The notes: generated from the sequence alone by a model not told the origin. A DNA stretch of 64,000 nt from Enoplolaimus lenunculus (GCA_030248215.1 JASANG010000273.1:1-64000), one strand, 5' to 3'. Positions 1 through 13,670 are shown, numbered from the stretch's first letter. Numbers and translations are program-made.

Positions 1-2583
1 AAGCTTGAAATTAGATATCCGAAGAACTAGAAAATTTTTATGCCACAAATGAAGCTTGAAATTAGATGTCCGATGAAATAGAAAATATTCAAGCCACAAA
101 TGAAGCTTGAAATTAGACGTCAGAAGAACGAGAACATATTCATGCCACTAATGAAGCTTGAAATTAGACATCCGATGAACTAGAAAATTTTTATGCCACA
201 AATGAAGCTTGAAATTAGATGTCCGATGAAATAGAAAATATTCATGCTACAAATGAAGCTTGAAATTAGACGTCAGAAGAACGAGAACATATTCATGCCG
301 CTAATGAAGCTTGAAATTAGATATCCGATGAACTAGAAAATTTTTATGCCACAAATGAAGTTTGAAATTAGATGTCCGATGAAATAGAAAATATTCATGC
401 CACAAATGAAGCTTGAAATTAGACGTCAGAAGAACGAGAACATATTCATGCCGCTAATGAAGCTTGAAATTAGATATCCGAAGAACTAGAAAATTTTTAT
501 GCCACAAATGAAGCTTGAAATTAGATGTCCGATGAAAATAGAAAATATTCACGCCACAAATGAAGCTTGAAATTAGACGTCAGAAGAACGAGAACATATT
601 CATGCCGCTAATGAAGCTTGAAATTAGATATCCGATGAACTAGAAAATTTTTATGCCACAAATGAAGCTTGAAATTAGATGTCCGATGAAATAGAAAATA
701 TTCATGCCACAAATGAAGCTTGAAATTAGACGTCAGAAGAACGAGAACATATTCATGCCGCTAATGAAGCTTGAAATTAGATATCCGATGAACTAGAAAA
801 TTTTTATGCCACAAATGATGAAATTAGACGTCAGAAGAACGAGACAATCAGCCACAAGAAGCGAAACAGCTTGAAATTTGATGTCCGATGAAATAGAAAA
901 TATTCATGCCACAAATGAAGCTTGAAATTAGACGTCAGAAGAACGAGAACATATTCATGCCGCTAATGAAGCTTGAAATTAGATATCCGATGAACTAGAA
1001 AATTTTTATGCCACAAATGAAGCTTGAAATTAGATGTCCGATGAAATAGAAAGGGTACAAGAGGAAGGAAATATTCATGCCACAAATGAAGCTTGAAATT
1101 AGACGTCAGAAGAACGAGAACATATTCATGCCGCTAATGAAGCTTGAAATTAGATATCCGATGAACTAGAAAATTTTTATGCCACAAATGAAGCTTGAAA
1201 TTAGATGTCCGATGAAATAGAAAATATTCATGCCACAAATGAAGCTTGAAATTAGACGTCAGAAGAACGAGAACATATTCATGCCACTAATGAAGCTTGA
1301 AATTAGACATCCGATGAACTAGAAAATTTTTATGCCACAAATGAAGCTTGAAATTAGATGTCCGATGAAATAGAAAATATTCATGCCACAAATGAAGCTT
1401 GAAATTAGACGTCAGAAGAACGAGAACATATTCATGCCACTAATGAAGCTTGAAATTAGACATCCGATGAACTAGAAAATTTTTATGCCACAAATGAAGC
1501 TTGAAATTAGATGTCCGATGAAATAGAAAATATTCATGCTACAAATGAAGCTTGAAATTAGACGTCAGAAGAACGAGAACATATTCATGCCGCTAATGAA
1601 GCTTGAAATTAGATATCCGATGAACTAGAAAATTTTTATGCCACAACTGAAGTTTGAAATTAGATGTCCGATGAAATAGAAAATATTCATGCCACAAATG
1701 AAGCTTGAAATTAGACAAAGAAGAGAAAAAAAAAAAAGACAAAAAAAACCACAAAAAGAAAGACCAAAAAACACCACAAGCAACCTTCAGAAGAACGAGA
1801 ACATATTCATGCCGCTAATGAAGCTTGAAATTAGATATCCGAAGAACTAGAAAATTTTTATGCCACAAATGAAGCTTGAAATTAGATGTCCGATGAAATA
1901 GAAAATATTCAAGCCACAAATGAAGCTTGAAATTAGACGTCAGAAGAACGAGAACATATTCATGCCGCTAATGAAGCTTGAAATTAGACATCCGATGAAC
2001 TAGAAAATTTTTATGCCACAAATGAAGCTTGAAATTAGATGTCCGATGAAATAGAAAATATTCATGCCACAAATGAAGCTTGAAATTAGACGTCAGAAGA
2101 ACGAGAACATATTCATGCCGCTAATGAAGCTTGAAATTAGATATCCGATGAACTAGAAAATTTTTATGCCACAACTGAAGTTTGAAATTAGATGTCCGAT
2201 GAAATAGAAAATATTCATGCCACAAATGAAGCTTGAAATTAGACGTCAGAAGAACGAGAACATATTCATGCCGCTAATGAAGCTTGAAATTAGATATCCG
2301 AAGAACTAGAAAATTTTTATGCCACAAATGAAGCTTGAAATTAGATGTCCGATGAAATAGAAAATATTCAAGCCACAAATGAAGCTTGAAATTAGACGTC
2401 AGAAGAACGAGAACATATTCATGCCACTAATGAAGCTTGAAATTAGACATCCGATGAACTAGAAAATTTTTATGCCACAAATGAAGCTTGAAATTAGACA
2501 TCCGATAAAATAGAAAATATTCATGCCACAAATGAAGCTTGAAATTAGACGTCAAATGAAATAGAAAATATTTATGCTACAAA
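1..2583. repeat. Satellite array: 51-bp monomers in a 3-mer (153-bp) higher-order repeat, about 50 monomers, probably continuing left of the window
   Basis: Monomers begin AAGCTTGAAATTAGA (HindIII site) at 1, 52, 103, 154, 205 and onward. Three variants cycle in order (TATCCG..AACTAG / TGTCCGATGAAATAG / CGTCAGAAGAACGAG). Stops occur in all six frames over the 153-bp unit. Confidence 0.97.
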
Positions 2584-3014
2584 TGATTAACTATAAAAAA
2601 AGCAAATGTACCTGAAAAACATGCACTAAACGGATATTCAAGGCGTTCTTCAATTAAAACTCCGCGATTTTCTTTTGCGTTGATGTCAACTTTTAGAAAC
2701 GCAAATTTCATAGCACTGAGTGTTTTTAAACTTTTTTCAAGCGCTTTTCGGTACGTAATTCGATCCCTTGTGCGGTTACTTGCCAGACGATCGTTGAGTA
2801 ATTTGGTTAGAGCGGCGCGAGCGTTTGTTGTGGACATTGGCCAGTCGTAAATGGTTACTTGCGATTTGTAGACTAGCCTGTTGCATCTTGGCTCACAGGT
2901 TTGAGACTGCAGTTTGGGGACTGAAAAGGAACACCGTTTTCTCACCTGTGTATAGCACCTATCACCAGTTAGTGATCGGTTCTCATACAAGCGGACTGTG
3001 GCGCCTGTTGATAT

Positions 3015-3186
3015 GGCCAATGTATAGAACAGGGCCGTAATAGTAGTATAAGCATATTCCTAAGCGTAGGCTGAGCGTAAGAATGACTTATGTCTAAAGT
3101 CTAAAGTGAAAAGATAGTCTAAAGCTTAAGCTTACTCTATTGCATGCCCTATGAAAAACGTTCCGTCTGTGATCTTTACACGGGCC
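3015..3186 (+). mobile_element. MITE with GGCC termini, 8-bp TSD and internal TTAGGC-like repeats (family A)
   Basis: GGCCAATGTATAGAA...GATCTTTACACGGGCC, flanked by GTTGATAT / GCTGATAT. Confidence 0.8.
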
Positions 3187-3928
3187 GCTGATATGCACAT
3201 TAATACATAGAATTGGCCAAATCAAGCGTAAAATGTGCTAAATTTTTAACACCTTTGTTCATTGGTTCTTAGGTTACAAGACCTGTTACCAACCAACTGG
3301 TGATAGACACTACACACATTTGAGAATACAGAGATAGAAATAGTATAAAGCGTCTAGCAGAAAAATTTTCGACCCCATGTAGTAACTAATTGTCTGCAAG
3401 TGGGAATTAACAAGAAGTAAATTGTTAATTGGTTTCAAATTGTAGTCTGGATTTAATAAGGTTTATACAGGCTGTCTGGTGTCTGTTACATATCCGTGCA
3501 GCATAGGCCATTTTTCTGCTTTGGTCTCCTTTATGGTCTCAATATCAACAATTTTTAACCGATAAAAGTATGCGCACGGGCACATTCTGTGCAAAAAAAC
3601 TGGTGTGGCATGTATGGGTTTTGCCCGTGACCTAGCGAGAATTTCATTTGGGCAGGACATAATCTCCATTCATATGATTTTCACGAACCTAAGGATAGAG
3701 CTATAATGTTTTTGGAACTCCACGATCCGGCAGATTATTCAAAGCCTATTAAAGTGATTAGTGAAAAATTCGCAAGCGAATGGAACCAGAAGCCAAATGC
3801 AATTTGACCACGATTAATCTTAATACCAAAGTTAGGGTTTTTCACTGTCTGAGGAGCTTAGGTTTTGGTGATTCTTTCGATTCGCTTGAGAGATAACTGT
3901 CTCTTTTCTTGCAGACTGCACTGCTTAC

Positions 3929-6900
3929 CTTGGTTGTCTGCCAAAGAACTTTCAGGGAATGTGTCCAGCCTCTGCGTTCGTAATAGTGACATCATCCGAT
4001 CGTGACATTCAACTTTCCGGACAACGCTTTTTACTACCTCGCTCTTAAGCCAAGCCGTGTGATTGACAAACACAGTTGAAAAATTTTGAATTTGATCAAA
4101 ATCTTCAACCGAAACTTCGGCGTTACCGATACGATATGCACGAGTTTTTAGATTAATTTCAAGCAGAAGTGGGCCGGGTGGTGTGGTTTCAAATGAGCTT
4201 TGATTGATAAGCGACGGTGACAGTTTACCGATTAGAAATGAATTTGGATTCTGAGGGTTTTCTGCGTATAACGTGTTAAGGAGCAGTGAATGGGGAATTC
4301 GATGACAGTAGCTTAGAGCAGCGGAGGTTGAATGTGTTGGTTGTACATCGTCTAAAATTTAACGATCGTTGTATCAAAAGGTCATAGTGTCTGTCATCAA
4401 TGAAGTAAAACAACCCCGCAAACAGAAGTGGAAGATAACGCAACATGCGTATATACGTGTGTATATACGTCATGCCCAAAACAACTATTTGCCTCAGTTG
4501 GCAACTGAAACGTCTCAAACGACAACTGTTTTCGGGGCATCCCAAACAACTACTAGAATGCAGACTAATTGTGAGATTTGACTATATTCGAGAAAACTGA
4601 CTTGCACAGTAAAATTTGGCTTCACCACATTTGCAAAGTATAAATTAAACAAGAAATATATGGGGTGAAGGATTGCAGAGGAGCAGTTCTACTGTCTTAT
4701 CAAAAAACAGAAATAAAGACAGCATTACCCACATAACGTTGTATTCCATTAAGCATTACGGCACACGTCGACACAGCTTCGTTTTTATACTATATAAACC
4801 TTGTTTAATATATACTAGACAAATGCTATTGTGCAAGTCAGATTTATCGAACACAGTCAAGCCTGAACAACCAATTACAAATATTTTGCATTCCAGCAGC
4901 TGTTTGGTCTTTACAATCTTCCAATCAAAAACGGTATATATTCCAGTAGTTGTTTGGGCTGTCCCGAATAACAATTGTCGTTAGTTCCCAATCGTTAATA
5001 CCTTGACTGATAATCGTATCCTGCATGAAGTATCTGTGAGCAACACTAAAGTAACAACATATGCAAAACACAATACGCAGTGTTTAAACATTCCTACCCG
5101 TCGGTGCGGTACAAAATGTTCCCAAGACACCAGCGTCCTTTTGGATTCGAGTCTCATGCCCAGTAGCTGAGCGGTGAAGGGAAAATCCTTCGATCCACAT
5201 GTCCGGGGTTAAACTTACAGCTTGATATTGAATCTCACATGGAAATTAAAAATATTCATGCGTGTAGTGTAGCTTAACCGTTACCGAACAAACCATTATA
5301 TTCAAAAAGTACCATGATTGGAAGGGTGGCCAGACAAGTGATTCGGTTGTAGCGAAACATAAATTTAGTAATTACCTGTCGAATTTTTGTCCACCTCTCC
5401 CTCGATTTGAGAAGGTATCAAATGTCGAGGCACAGGCAAATCCGGGGACAGACACCCACAAGTATTTTGAATTATAACTTGTTTCTGTAATTCATCACAC
5501 GCTTCTACCGAATACTTGTACCCAGTGGATTTCCAGTACTTTTCTAGTTTCTCAGGTAAAGTTTGCTGAACTCCAACTTCAATTTTAGACTCATTCATCG
5601 AAGTCTCTGACTCAACGCACGGAGTTAAAGCTAAATTCATCCGAATTGATTTCGTCATTGTTAAGTCGATCATTGTATGTTTCCCTACCGGAGCGAGCAC
5701 TGTACTGAATCGGCCTGTTTCTCCGGCTATTTTTGCCGCAGGCACGGCTAGGGTGCCTGGTTGATGGGCAACTATGGCAGCGCCTCGGAGCAATTCGAGG
5801 ATTTCGAAGTCGCTCAGGAGGGCTCGGCGGTCGCCGACGTGGAGCAAAAAGCTCACGCTGCCGGTGTTCGCTTCAGAGCTTGGCTGGGTTTGATTGGCTG
5901 CTCTGAAAGTAGATATCAGCAAACCGCTCGTAATTAAACGCGACATTTGAAAATACTGGTTACAATTTTACTAGAGATATTAGCCTTGCTCATGTGCCTT
6001 AATAAATATTTTCTCACTTTTGGTGGATATTTCCGCGGTTAAGTTTAAAAGGAGATGCAGCGGTCTTCTTTGGTCACCCGTCCCTGGATACTGTCTAGGA
6101 ATTAGACGAGTAGTCGCTTGTGGTAAATGTGCATCTGTCGTAGTGTGTATTAGGTTTTGATACGCAAATTTTTAGCTAACTTTCTTGAAGTATTTTATAG
6201 CTAATATGCTGCAAGTACGCACCTTATCACATAAATAGTGTGTGTTTAGCGTACCACCTTGAAACGCGTTTGAAACTGCATTTTATTTTGGCACCACTTC
6301 TAACTGTGAAAGTTCGTAGTTTTAAGGAGAGACAGAACCTAATAATGCCACGATTTAGTTCGTTTTCGATGTTACGCCAACCAGCTCTGATTGAGTGACG
6401 TGGTCCGTTTAAATGTTTACTTTCAACCCGAATCCAATGCAAACCAATAATATATACCAGTAACAATAATAAGGCTATTTTTACGTTTTCGGCGTGATTT
6501 CCTTGCGCTATCAGTGAAAATGTGCCTAAATTCGATTTAAATCCAGCCACGAGCCCACACAGGTCCCAATTTCTCCAATAACTTCCCAGACTCCGGTTTA
6601 AGAATAGTTTAATCTAACCCCGTTAGAAATGCTAACCTTTGTCAAATTCCCTCAAGTTTCCCATGAATCTCCCCGGTTTTCCGCAGTTTACTCCATATAA
6701 TCTCCACTATAAAACTGCTACTTCCAAGTCAAGCGAGCAAACTAAGAAAAACGAAACCAAATGGTAAAAATCCAAATGCAATAATGATATCACGGGTGGC
6801 CAAAGCCAGCTCCATATTCTATTTTATACGTTTGCATATGGACCAGTTCCGTAAACTCCAGCTTCCACGCAAAATATAAAACAATTTTATAAAACATCAA

Positions 6901-7848
6901 CATAACACCCGAATATGTCAGCATGTTTTCGCGAATGAAGCCTGCACAAATTAAAAAATATTCAACGGCCACACAGGGCCCAAGTTTAGGTGTACATCGT
7001 GGCTCATCCGCCACGCATAGATTTTAACATTTTACGCCGTTTAGAAACGCCTAAGCCTAACATAATTCTGAGAGAAACTAGGTGGAGCCATGGCCTCCGT
7101 TTAAGGTGCGGTTTTGAGGTTTGGTTTTTAGTTTTAACTTTGAAATGTATACAAGGAGTGGCGGAGCCGCCTACACTAACTCTAACCTGAACGTCCAACA
7201 TTTATGAAAAAACGGATAGCTATGTTCAGTGAAATCTAAATCGCGATCACACTCAACATCGCCGGTGTGCGAACACTGCAAAAACAATTCGTCCCAATAA
7301 TGATGCCATCCATACGTCATTGCGTACGTTTCCAGTGTTCGCCGCGTGTACGGATTATCATCTCGTACGTATTTATTCAGCATAATGCTTGCATTTGGCT
7401 TCGCAGTCGCGAGTTTCCAAAAATTTTTTGATTGATGCAACAAATAGTCACCGGACACGTTAGCTTTAATCGTTTTGGTTTGGATGTTGGTATTAAAATC
7501 GAAATTTTGAACATCTAAATTTTCATTCGTCAAAGCGATCCGTTGTTGCTGCTTAGATCTGTGGTGATTTAATGGGAAATTGTTACAAATTGTAATATCC
7601 GGAAATACAAATCGAACCTCGTTCAGCACGGTGTTTGTGACGGTTTTTTGTTGAAAAAATCGGTGTAACAGGGTCGATGTATGAATAACGAAGCCAATAA
7701 AGCTAAGGATTAATATTGTACTCCAAAATGCTTGCCCATACCGAGACGAGAACGTAGAAAAGCGTGCGAATCCAGGTATGGAGCTGTCAGACAACAAGTT
7801 ACCGCAACGATTTCTTGCTTTACTTGCGGTTGATAATTTTTTCGTCAT
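3929..7848 (-). CDS. DEG/ENaC (amiloride-sensitive channel family) subunit, 5' part. Exons 7187-7848, 5376-5902, 3929-4351; TM2 not found in the window
   Basis: N-terminal SSIPGF, then TM1 (FWSTILILSFIGFVIHT) and FPDITICNNFP. CWTFR|AANQ joins in phase 2 at a TTTCAG acceptor. G-x-x-I-V-A-H-Q-P and YSVEAC...QNTCGC motifs follow, then a 423-nt open phase 1-1 exon with canonical GT/AG. Confidence 0.85.
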
Positions 7849-8989
7849 GCCGTTTTTAAGCTACGTAGGATTATGAAACAGTATATATATTTACATTTGG
7901 CTGTTGTACACTGCCCCTTTCAGATTTAAGCTCAATGCTTGGAATTTGGCTTAATAAATGGCTTTAGAGCAAAATTTTGGAGTTTGAGCGTTCTCAAAAA
8001 CCTAAGTCTAAGCCTCAGATGAGCTTAAGCCTAAATCGTGTGGGGTAAAAGTAGGAAATCCAAGGCGAGTGATTCCGGGGATATATTTCTCCCGAAAATA
8101 CTTTTAAACAGGGATTAGAATAACATTTTTGCTCAACTTGAGTGTAATGCTAAATCTAATACAAATCGTTAAGCCCTAATCACACGTGCAAGATTTGGCG
8201 GCGATAACTTGGAGCAGCAATTTGCACGTGCGAGTTATTGCAGCGAGAACTTGTAAAACTGGCAGTTGTAAGTTTTTATTCAAAACATAATTTTTAAAAC
8301 TGGGCCAATGTATAGCACTGGGGCAAATCGTTTTCCAAGGTGGAAAACTTATGATTGGAAAACAAGACAAGTGGAAAATTTAACGCCTATTATTGTCCCT
8401 CTGTTGGTAGTGAAACCTAAAGCATTAGGTTTGCTTGGAAAACGGTAAAAGTCTAAAATTTGAAACGTATAGAATTCAGGCACTTTAAATTTCCTCCCAC
8501 ATTGGGAAAGTTCGCCCGCCACAAACTTTTACCTATATTTAGACAAAACGTGGAACTCCTGCCATTTGAAGGGATGGCAAGCAGAATAGGGGCGGCCACT
8601 CCACACTTCCCCCTATATGAAAATCTCCCCCGCGACAATCTTTCACGTTTATTAAGACAAATTGTGGAAGCTCTCCGGTGATTTTGAGTCATACTAAGGC
8701 AGGATAGGTGGCTGCCGCCTCCAAGACCCTCGCACTAAGCGGCTCTCATACCGAAGCACCAAACTGTTCAAAAGTATTTTAATAATTTTAACGGTTTCAA
8801 TAATAAAATGCTTGGTCTTAGTATCCCTTCAAATCGCTGGGGATGCAGGGGGACAGCCCTCCTGTGGAACATATTAACGAAAAATTGTCGAAAAATTTTC
8901 GTATTGGAATCTAGTTTAAATGAGGAAAACAAAACATTGTAGTGGAAAATTCCAACTCCTACATTTTCGTCGTTTGATTGGAGAAATCT

Positions 8990-9640
8990 GAAGCATAGCC
9001 AATCCTGCTCCCGTTTTTCAAACAAACCCTACGCTTCAGAATTAATTTGGCTCACGGAAAATGTATGCGTTTTGAATTTTCCAGTTTTCGCGTTTTCCAA
9101 ACTAATCCTTCGCTTTAGATTTTCCCTGCCAACTAAGGGATTAAATTTTCCACTTTTCCGGTTTTTCAAACAAAACCTACGCTTCAGATTTTCCCTATTT
9201 AACCACTGAAAACATATACGTTTCAAACATCCCACTTTTCCTGTTTTCTAAACAATAACTATGCTTCAGTTTTTCTCTACCAAACCACTTGAAAACAAAC
9301 TTTCAAGTTTTCCACTTTTTCCGTTTTCTTATTAACCTCGCATACACCTCTAACTTTCTCTACCAATCAAAAACATATACCTAGGCTTGAATTTTCCACT
9401 TTTCCCGTGTTCCAAACCGAACCACAAATTCCAATTTTTAAGACAAACCAACCAAACAATTCCTACCCTACCGGTTCTAGAGAAAACCTATGAGTTTAAC
9501 TTTTCCACTTTTCCTGGTTTCCGAACTTCGCCTAAACCTTTAACTTTGCCTGCCGTACTAGGTAATAGGCTTCTAAATTTTTCTTTTTTTCAGTATTTCT
9601 AACCGAAATAATGCTTGTGATTTTTCCTACCTAACCAGCG
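8990..9640. repeat. Degenerate tandem repeat, period roughly 65-70 bp
   Basis: Recurrent TTTTCCACTTTTCC..TTTC..AAAC..ACCTACGCTTCAGATTTTCCCT motif. Boundaries are approximate. Confidence 0.65.
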
Positions 9641-10044
9641 CAATTCCTAGCCGTCATACAGAAGTGGCTGCGCTGCACTCCTGGTTATATATTTTCCACC
9701 TCATAAAATGGAAGCCCCTGCGCAATGCATTGGCCAAAACTTGCAACTATATGTTGCCTCTGCGTGCTCGAGCTGCAAAACCTGGCGAGTGCTAATAACC
9801 ACTGTGAGTTCTCACTGCAAGAATTTCCACGTGTGTTAGGGAGTAAACCCTAAACATCTACTGGGTAGCGTGCTGCACACTTTAAAAATACAAGCTGTAA
9901 GCAAGCCAAAGGGTAAATTCTAAACGGCCGCCCCGGTCCTATGACTTCAGGATATGGGTTAATTTTCTGAAATGGTCTTTAAACCAACCAAACCGTGCAT
10001 ATTAGTTTATCTTGCCTGAAAACATAATGAAAATTATATACTGT

Positions 10045-10487
10045 TACGGAACTACAAAGTGTTATGGAATGGAAGTAAACCAGCGTATAATTCAAATTGT
10101 ATTTAGGTTGATTGAACATTTTTGCGCTCAACTTTTTCTAAAATAGTAATAGATGATTAATTTTTATTGTTTGCCTGTCAGTCAATGTTCATAACCTATA
10201 GAATTTTGTAGCAAATTTTTTAACCGATCATCGCTCTATTAAAGTTTAGCAATTGTCAGAAGCTCAAAATCACAGTTAGGGAACCACATAGTTGTATGGA
10301 ACGGAAATATAGCAGCGTATAATTCAAATTGTATTTATAAGTTGATTAAACATTTTTGTGCTCAACTTTTTCTAAAATAGTAATAGATGATTAATTTTTA
10401 TTGTTTGCCTGTCAGTCAATGTTCATAACCTATAGAATTTTGTAGCAAATTCAAAATTTTCAACCGATCATCGCTCTATTAAAGTTA
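10045..10487. repeat. Tandem duplication of about 200 bp (two copies, period about 235-240 bp)
   Basis: CAGCGTATAATTCAAATTGTATTT...CCGATCATCGCTCTATTAAAGTT occurs at about 10081-10246 and again at about 10313-10486. Confidence 0.85.
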
Positions 10488-11118
10488 AAGTAACAAAGCA
10501 ATACACAAATATTTTTTTGCATCAGTCAGTTTCAGACTGTTAATTATTACTAGGTTGTAAACTTTACTCATCAGCTTAAAAATGTAATATTTTCGTCATA
10601 TGTGATAGACTCCGAAACAATTTTAGAGGAGGCATGCCAATAGCATCAAGTTTCAAATGGTACAAAAAATTTCGCATGGGGCCCCACAATATGTCTAGAT
10701 GGATGCTCAGGTTCCATGATTCCCTTTGTGTTGTGAAACGGGCCGCCAATCAGGTCTGTAAAACAATTTACCCAAGCGTCAATCACTACCAAAACAACAA
10801 ATCTGTCAGGTCAACACGAAGCCACTTAAAGTTAATTAAGTTGCAAGCAACTGAAAACTACTAAACGAATATGCCTAAATCATTCGTTTATCACAAAACT
10901 ATACAAATATATAGGCTTTGTCTATCTCATTTAGATTATTTATCTATTTATTGCTTCTTTTCCGCTAGTTTTAGCGTTAAAACTGTATATATAAAAGCGG
11001 AGCGAGGAATTATTATTGCGAAATATGTTTGGAGACAAGAAAAAAACATTTTTTCCCGAAATGAAATCTTCGTTTACTTTAAGGAACTTTGTTTTTTAAT
11101 AAAAATAATTTAGTTGTA

Positions 11119-11337
11119 CACTGTAAAAAAATGGGGAGTCAAATTGACTATCTCGGAAATAGGCTTTTCCTGACTACACAAACTGAGTCAAATTTGACTC
11201 CACCAGAGTCAAATTCGATTCACTGAATCGCTTAGTGAGCCCAATTTGACTCGGGCGGAGTCAAATTTGACTCAGTTTATGTAGTCAGAAAAAGCCTATT
11301 TCCGAGAGAGTCAATTTGACTCCCCATTTTTTCAGTG
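11119..11337. mobile_element. Palindromic (fold-back) MITE with CACTG...CAGTG termini and TA flanks
   Basis: About 100-bp arms are nearly reverse complements of each other, with internal GAGTCAAATTTGACTC palindromes. A partial second copy lies at about 14349-14482. Confidence 0.85.
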
Positions 11338-13375
11338 TATGGTTATGGAAATTGACATATTTTGTGGAATTTTTATACTCAACATTCGATTGTTACAAAA
11401 ATCATAAAATTTTTGAAAATATTTCATGATTTGCGAACTCCTTCGAATTGTATTAATGATATTTCTGTATTTTACAAAAAAGCCACACGTGAATTATAAT
11501 TTTTGACGGCACTTTTCAGCATCGCAACAGCATCTAATTTTTAGCGTTTCTGTTAAAGAAACCTTAATTCTCTATTTAACATTTGTACAGTGGCGTTGAT
11601 GATTGAAAAATTTCACTCATTAACTTCTGTACCTCGTTACCAATATTGAACTTGAATATCACATTTTTGGTTTGTGGTTCGAATATCACCTGTTACTGCG
11701 TACCATATATAATGCTATTAACTCCAAAAACTGGTTTAGCTCGTACTCAATAATTTCATTTTTAAAACACAAACTTTGTTCGCAAACCGTTTTTACAATG
11801 CAACTATTTGGTTTGTGGGCTATTTGAGAACATAATCAAATAAGCCAGGTGCCCTATTCAAAACAATTTTTGCGTTACAGAGGTGGATCCCGGGTAGAGT
11901 TCAATGGGAGTCCATGATCCCTTTTCGTGTTGAGTACGCAAAAAATGTAACATATAACATCACAAATTCTTCGGATCGGACGGTACACAATCGAGTCTGT
12001 GTTCCACGAATCCTGGCCTGTGAACCCCCCTTATAACGTAGTCTGGATCCTCTCCTGCCAAATATGCTTTAATGTTTAATAGTGCTGCCATATCGACAAT
12101 ACGGTTAGCCAGATAAGCAATTGATCCAGCGGCTAGTCACTGTGACATGGTAATTGCTTCGATGGCTAGCCATGTTGGCGATATGGAACAAATTGGTGGC
12201 GTGGCTACAACATATCCATCTTATATATGGGTGGTATTTACATTAATGTGTCTGAAAAAGATGTTACTTTTCAAAATTGATTTAATAGGTATTCCAACAG
12301 ACAGAAACGTTAAAATCAACCGTCCAATGCTACTATAATGGGTGAAGTAGCAAAGCTTGAGCTTTAGAGTATTCTTTAGTTACGCTTAGGCTCAGGCTTA
12401 GACTAAGGCTTTTAGGAATAAGCATATACTACTGTTGTGTTCTTCAAAGCAACATTGGCCGTGGGTATATTAAAAATAAACCGAACTCGATTTCAACTAT
12501 TGTGTATGTAAAGTTCTTAAAACCTTCTCGAAATAATTGAATCTGGTTGGCTTAGAAATTGGTCACGGGGTTATCATGCTCTAAAACAGCTCTGAACCAG
12601 TATATACACGTTATTTTCACACGGCTAATATAGCAATGAAATATTCACCCCCACGAAGAAATGGCCTCGTTTCAATCCAACCAAAGATTGCAGCAGGAAT
12701 GACTTTGAGCTGCTTACTAAAATAAATGTGCTATAAAACGCCCTTCACTTTTGAGGATAATGTAATTGAGATTTTGTCATTCAATACACTTGCATATGCC
12801 TAATGTGCACACTATAAACTTGAGTGAAATGAACAGTTGTTCTCCATAGTAGTTTATGCTTGTTAGGTTTTAAGACTTTGCGTTTTTATGACCATGTAAT
12901 TTAGTAATACTATAACGTTAATACTTAAAACATGATTGTGTTTAAATTAGTATCGACATCGGTATCGACATATATAGGTTTGGGCAATGGTAAAATTTAA
13001 AAATAAGAATCGGTATCGGCACTGGCAAGCCTTTGGAGTCCACACACCACTATTTTCTAGTAGATTGTTTGTTACTGTATCAAAGTCCCCATATCTTAGA
13101 GAAAAATGGCTAATACTTCACACATTTCGTACCCAGAAATATGAAACTTATCTCGAAACCATTAATGCTAACCTCAGCAAAAGGTCGGGAAAGTGGACTT
13201 GGAGTAAAGCAGATAGTAAAAATACCGTAAAAGGATAGTGATCAAAATATTGAAAATTTAAAACTAAACTGTGCAGAGAAAGTATAAAATTGCTAAAATA
13301 TTTTGTGCCCTACTTGTGCTGAACCGCTGATAAAAGTTTTTTAAACAGTTAAAAATGAATCAGATACAAATATAA

Positions 13376-13637
13376 CCCTTTCTCACATGAATATTTTCTA
13401 TTTCCCCTGAGACCTACTTTTATGCTAGGATTCGAACTCCAGTGACTGGAGTGGGAGGCGTATACCATCACCACTCAGCTAAAGGAGCTTGACGCTCGAG
13501 CCCGAGGGGGCTCTCGCGTCTTGTGGTGATTTAGTTCTATGTATACGTGTTACAATTGTTAAACCGGTGCGATATATATTATTTACCGTATAAATACTGC
13601 GCTGAGTTGCCTATAGGCAACTCAATGTGAGAAGGGG
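13376..13637. mobile_element. piggyBac-like MITE (family B) containing a tRNA-like A/B-box segment
   Basis: CCCTTTCTCACAT...ATGTGAGAAGGGG terminal inverted repeats; near-identical to 13671-13933. Confidence 0.8.
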
Positions 13638-13670
13638 TTATAGATAGTAAACTGAAAATTTTTCGCTTAA

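Noticed and set aside
1..2583. Satellite as a coding repeat (51 bp = 17 codons) or a CRISPR array
   Set aside because: Every frame has a stop within each 153-bp unit, there are no unique spacers, and the context is eukaryotic.
3463..3669. ORF with CPC...KWP as the next DEG/ENaC exon
   Set aside because: The nearest acceptor (TTGCACAG) gives phase 2 for this frame, but the preceding exon ends in phase 1. Left unresolved.
6000..7014. Short ORFs between DEG/ENaC exons 1 and 2 as extra exons
   Set aside because: Exon 1 joins exon 2 in phase with continuous family motifs, and no phase-compatible exon was found between them.
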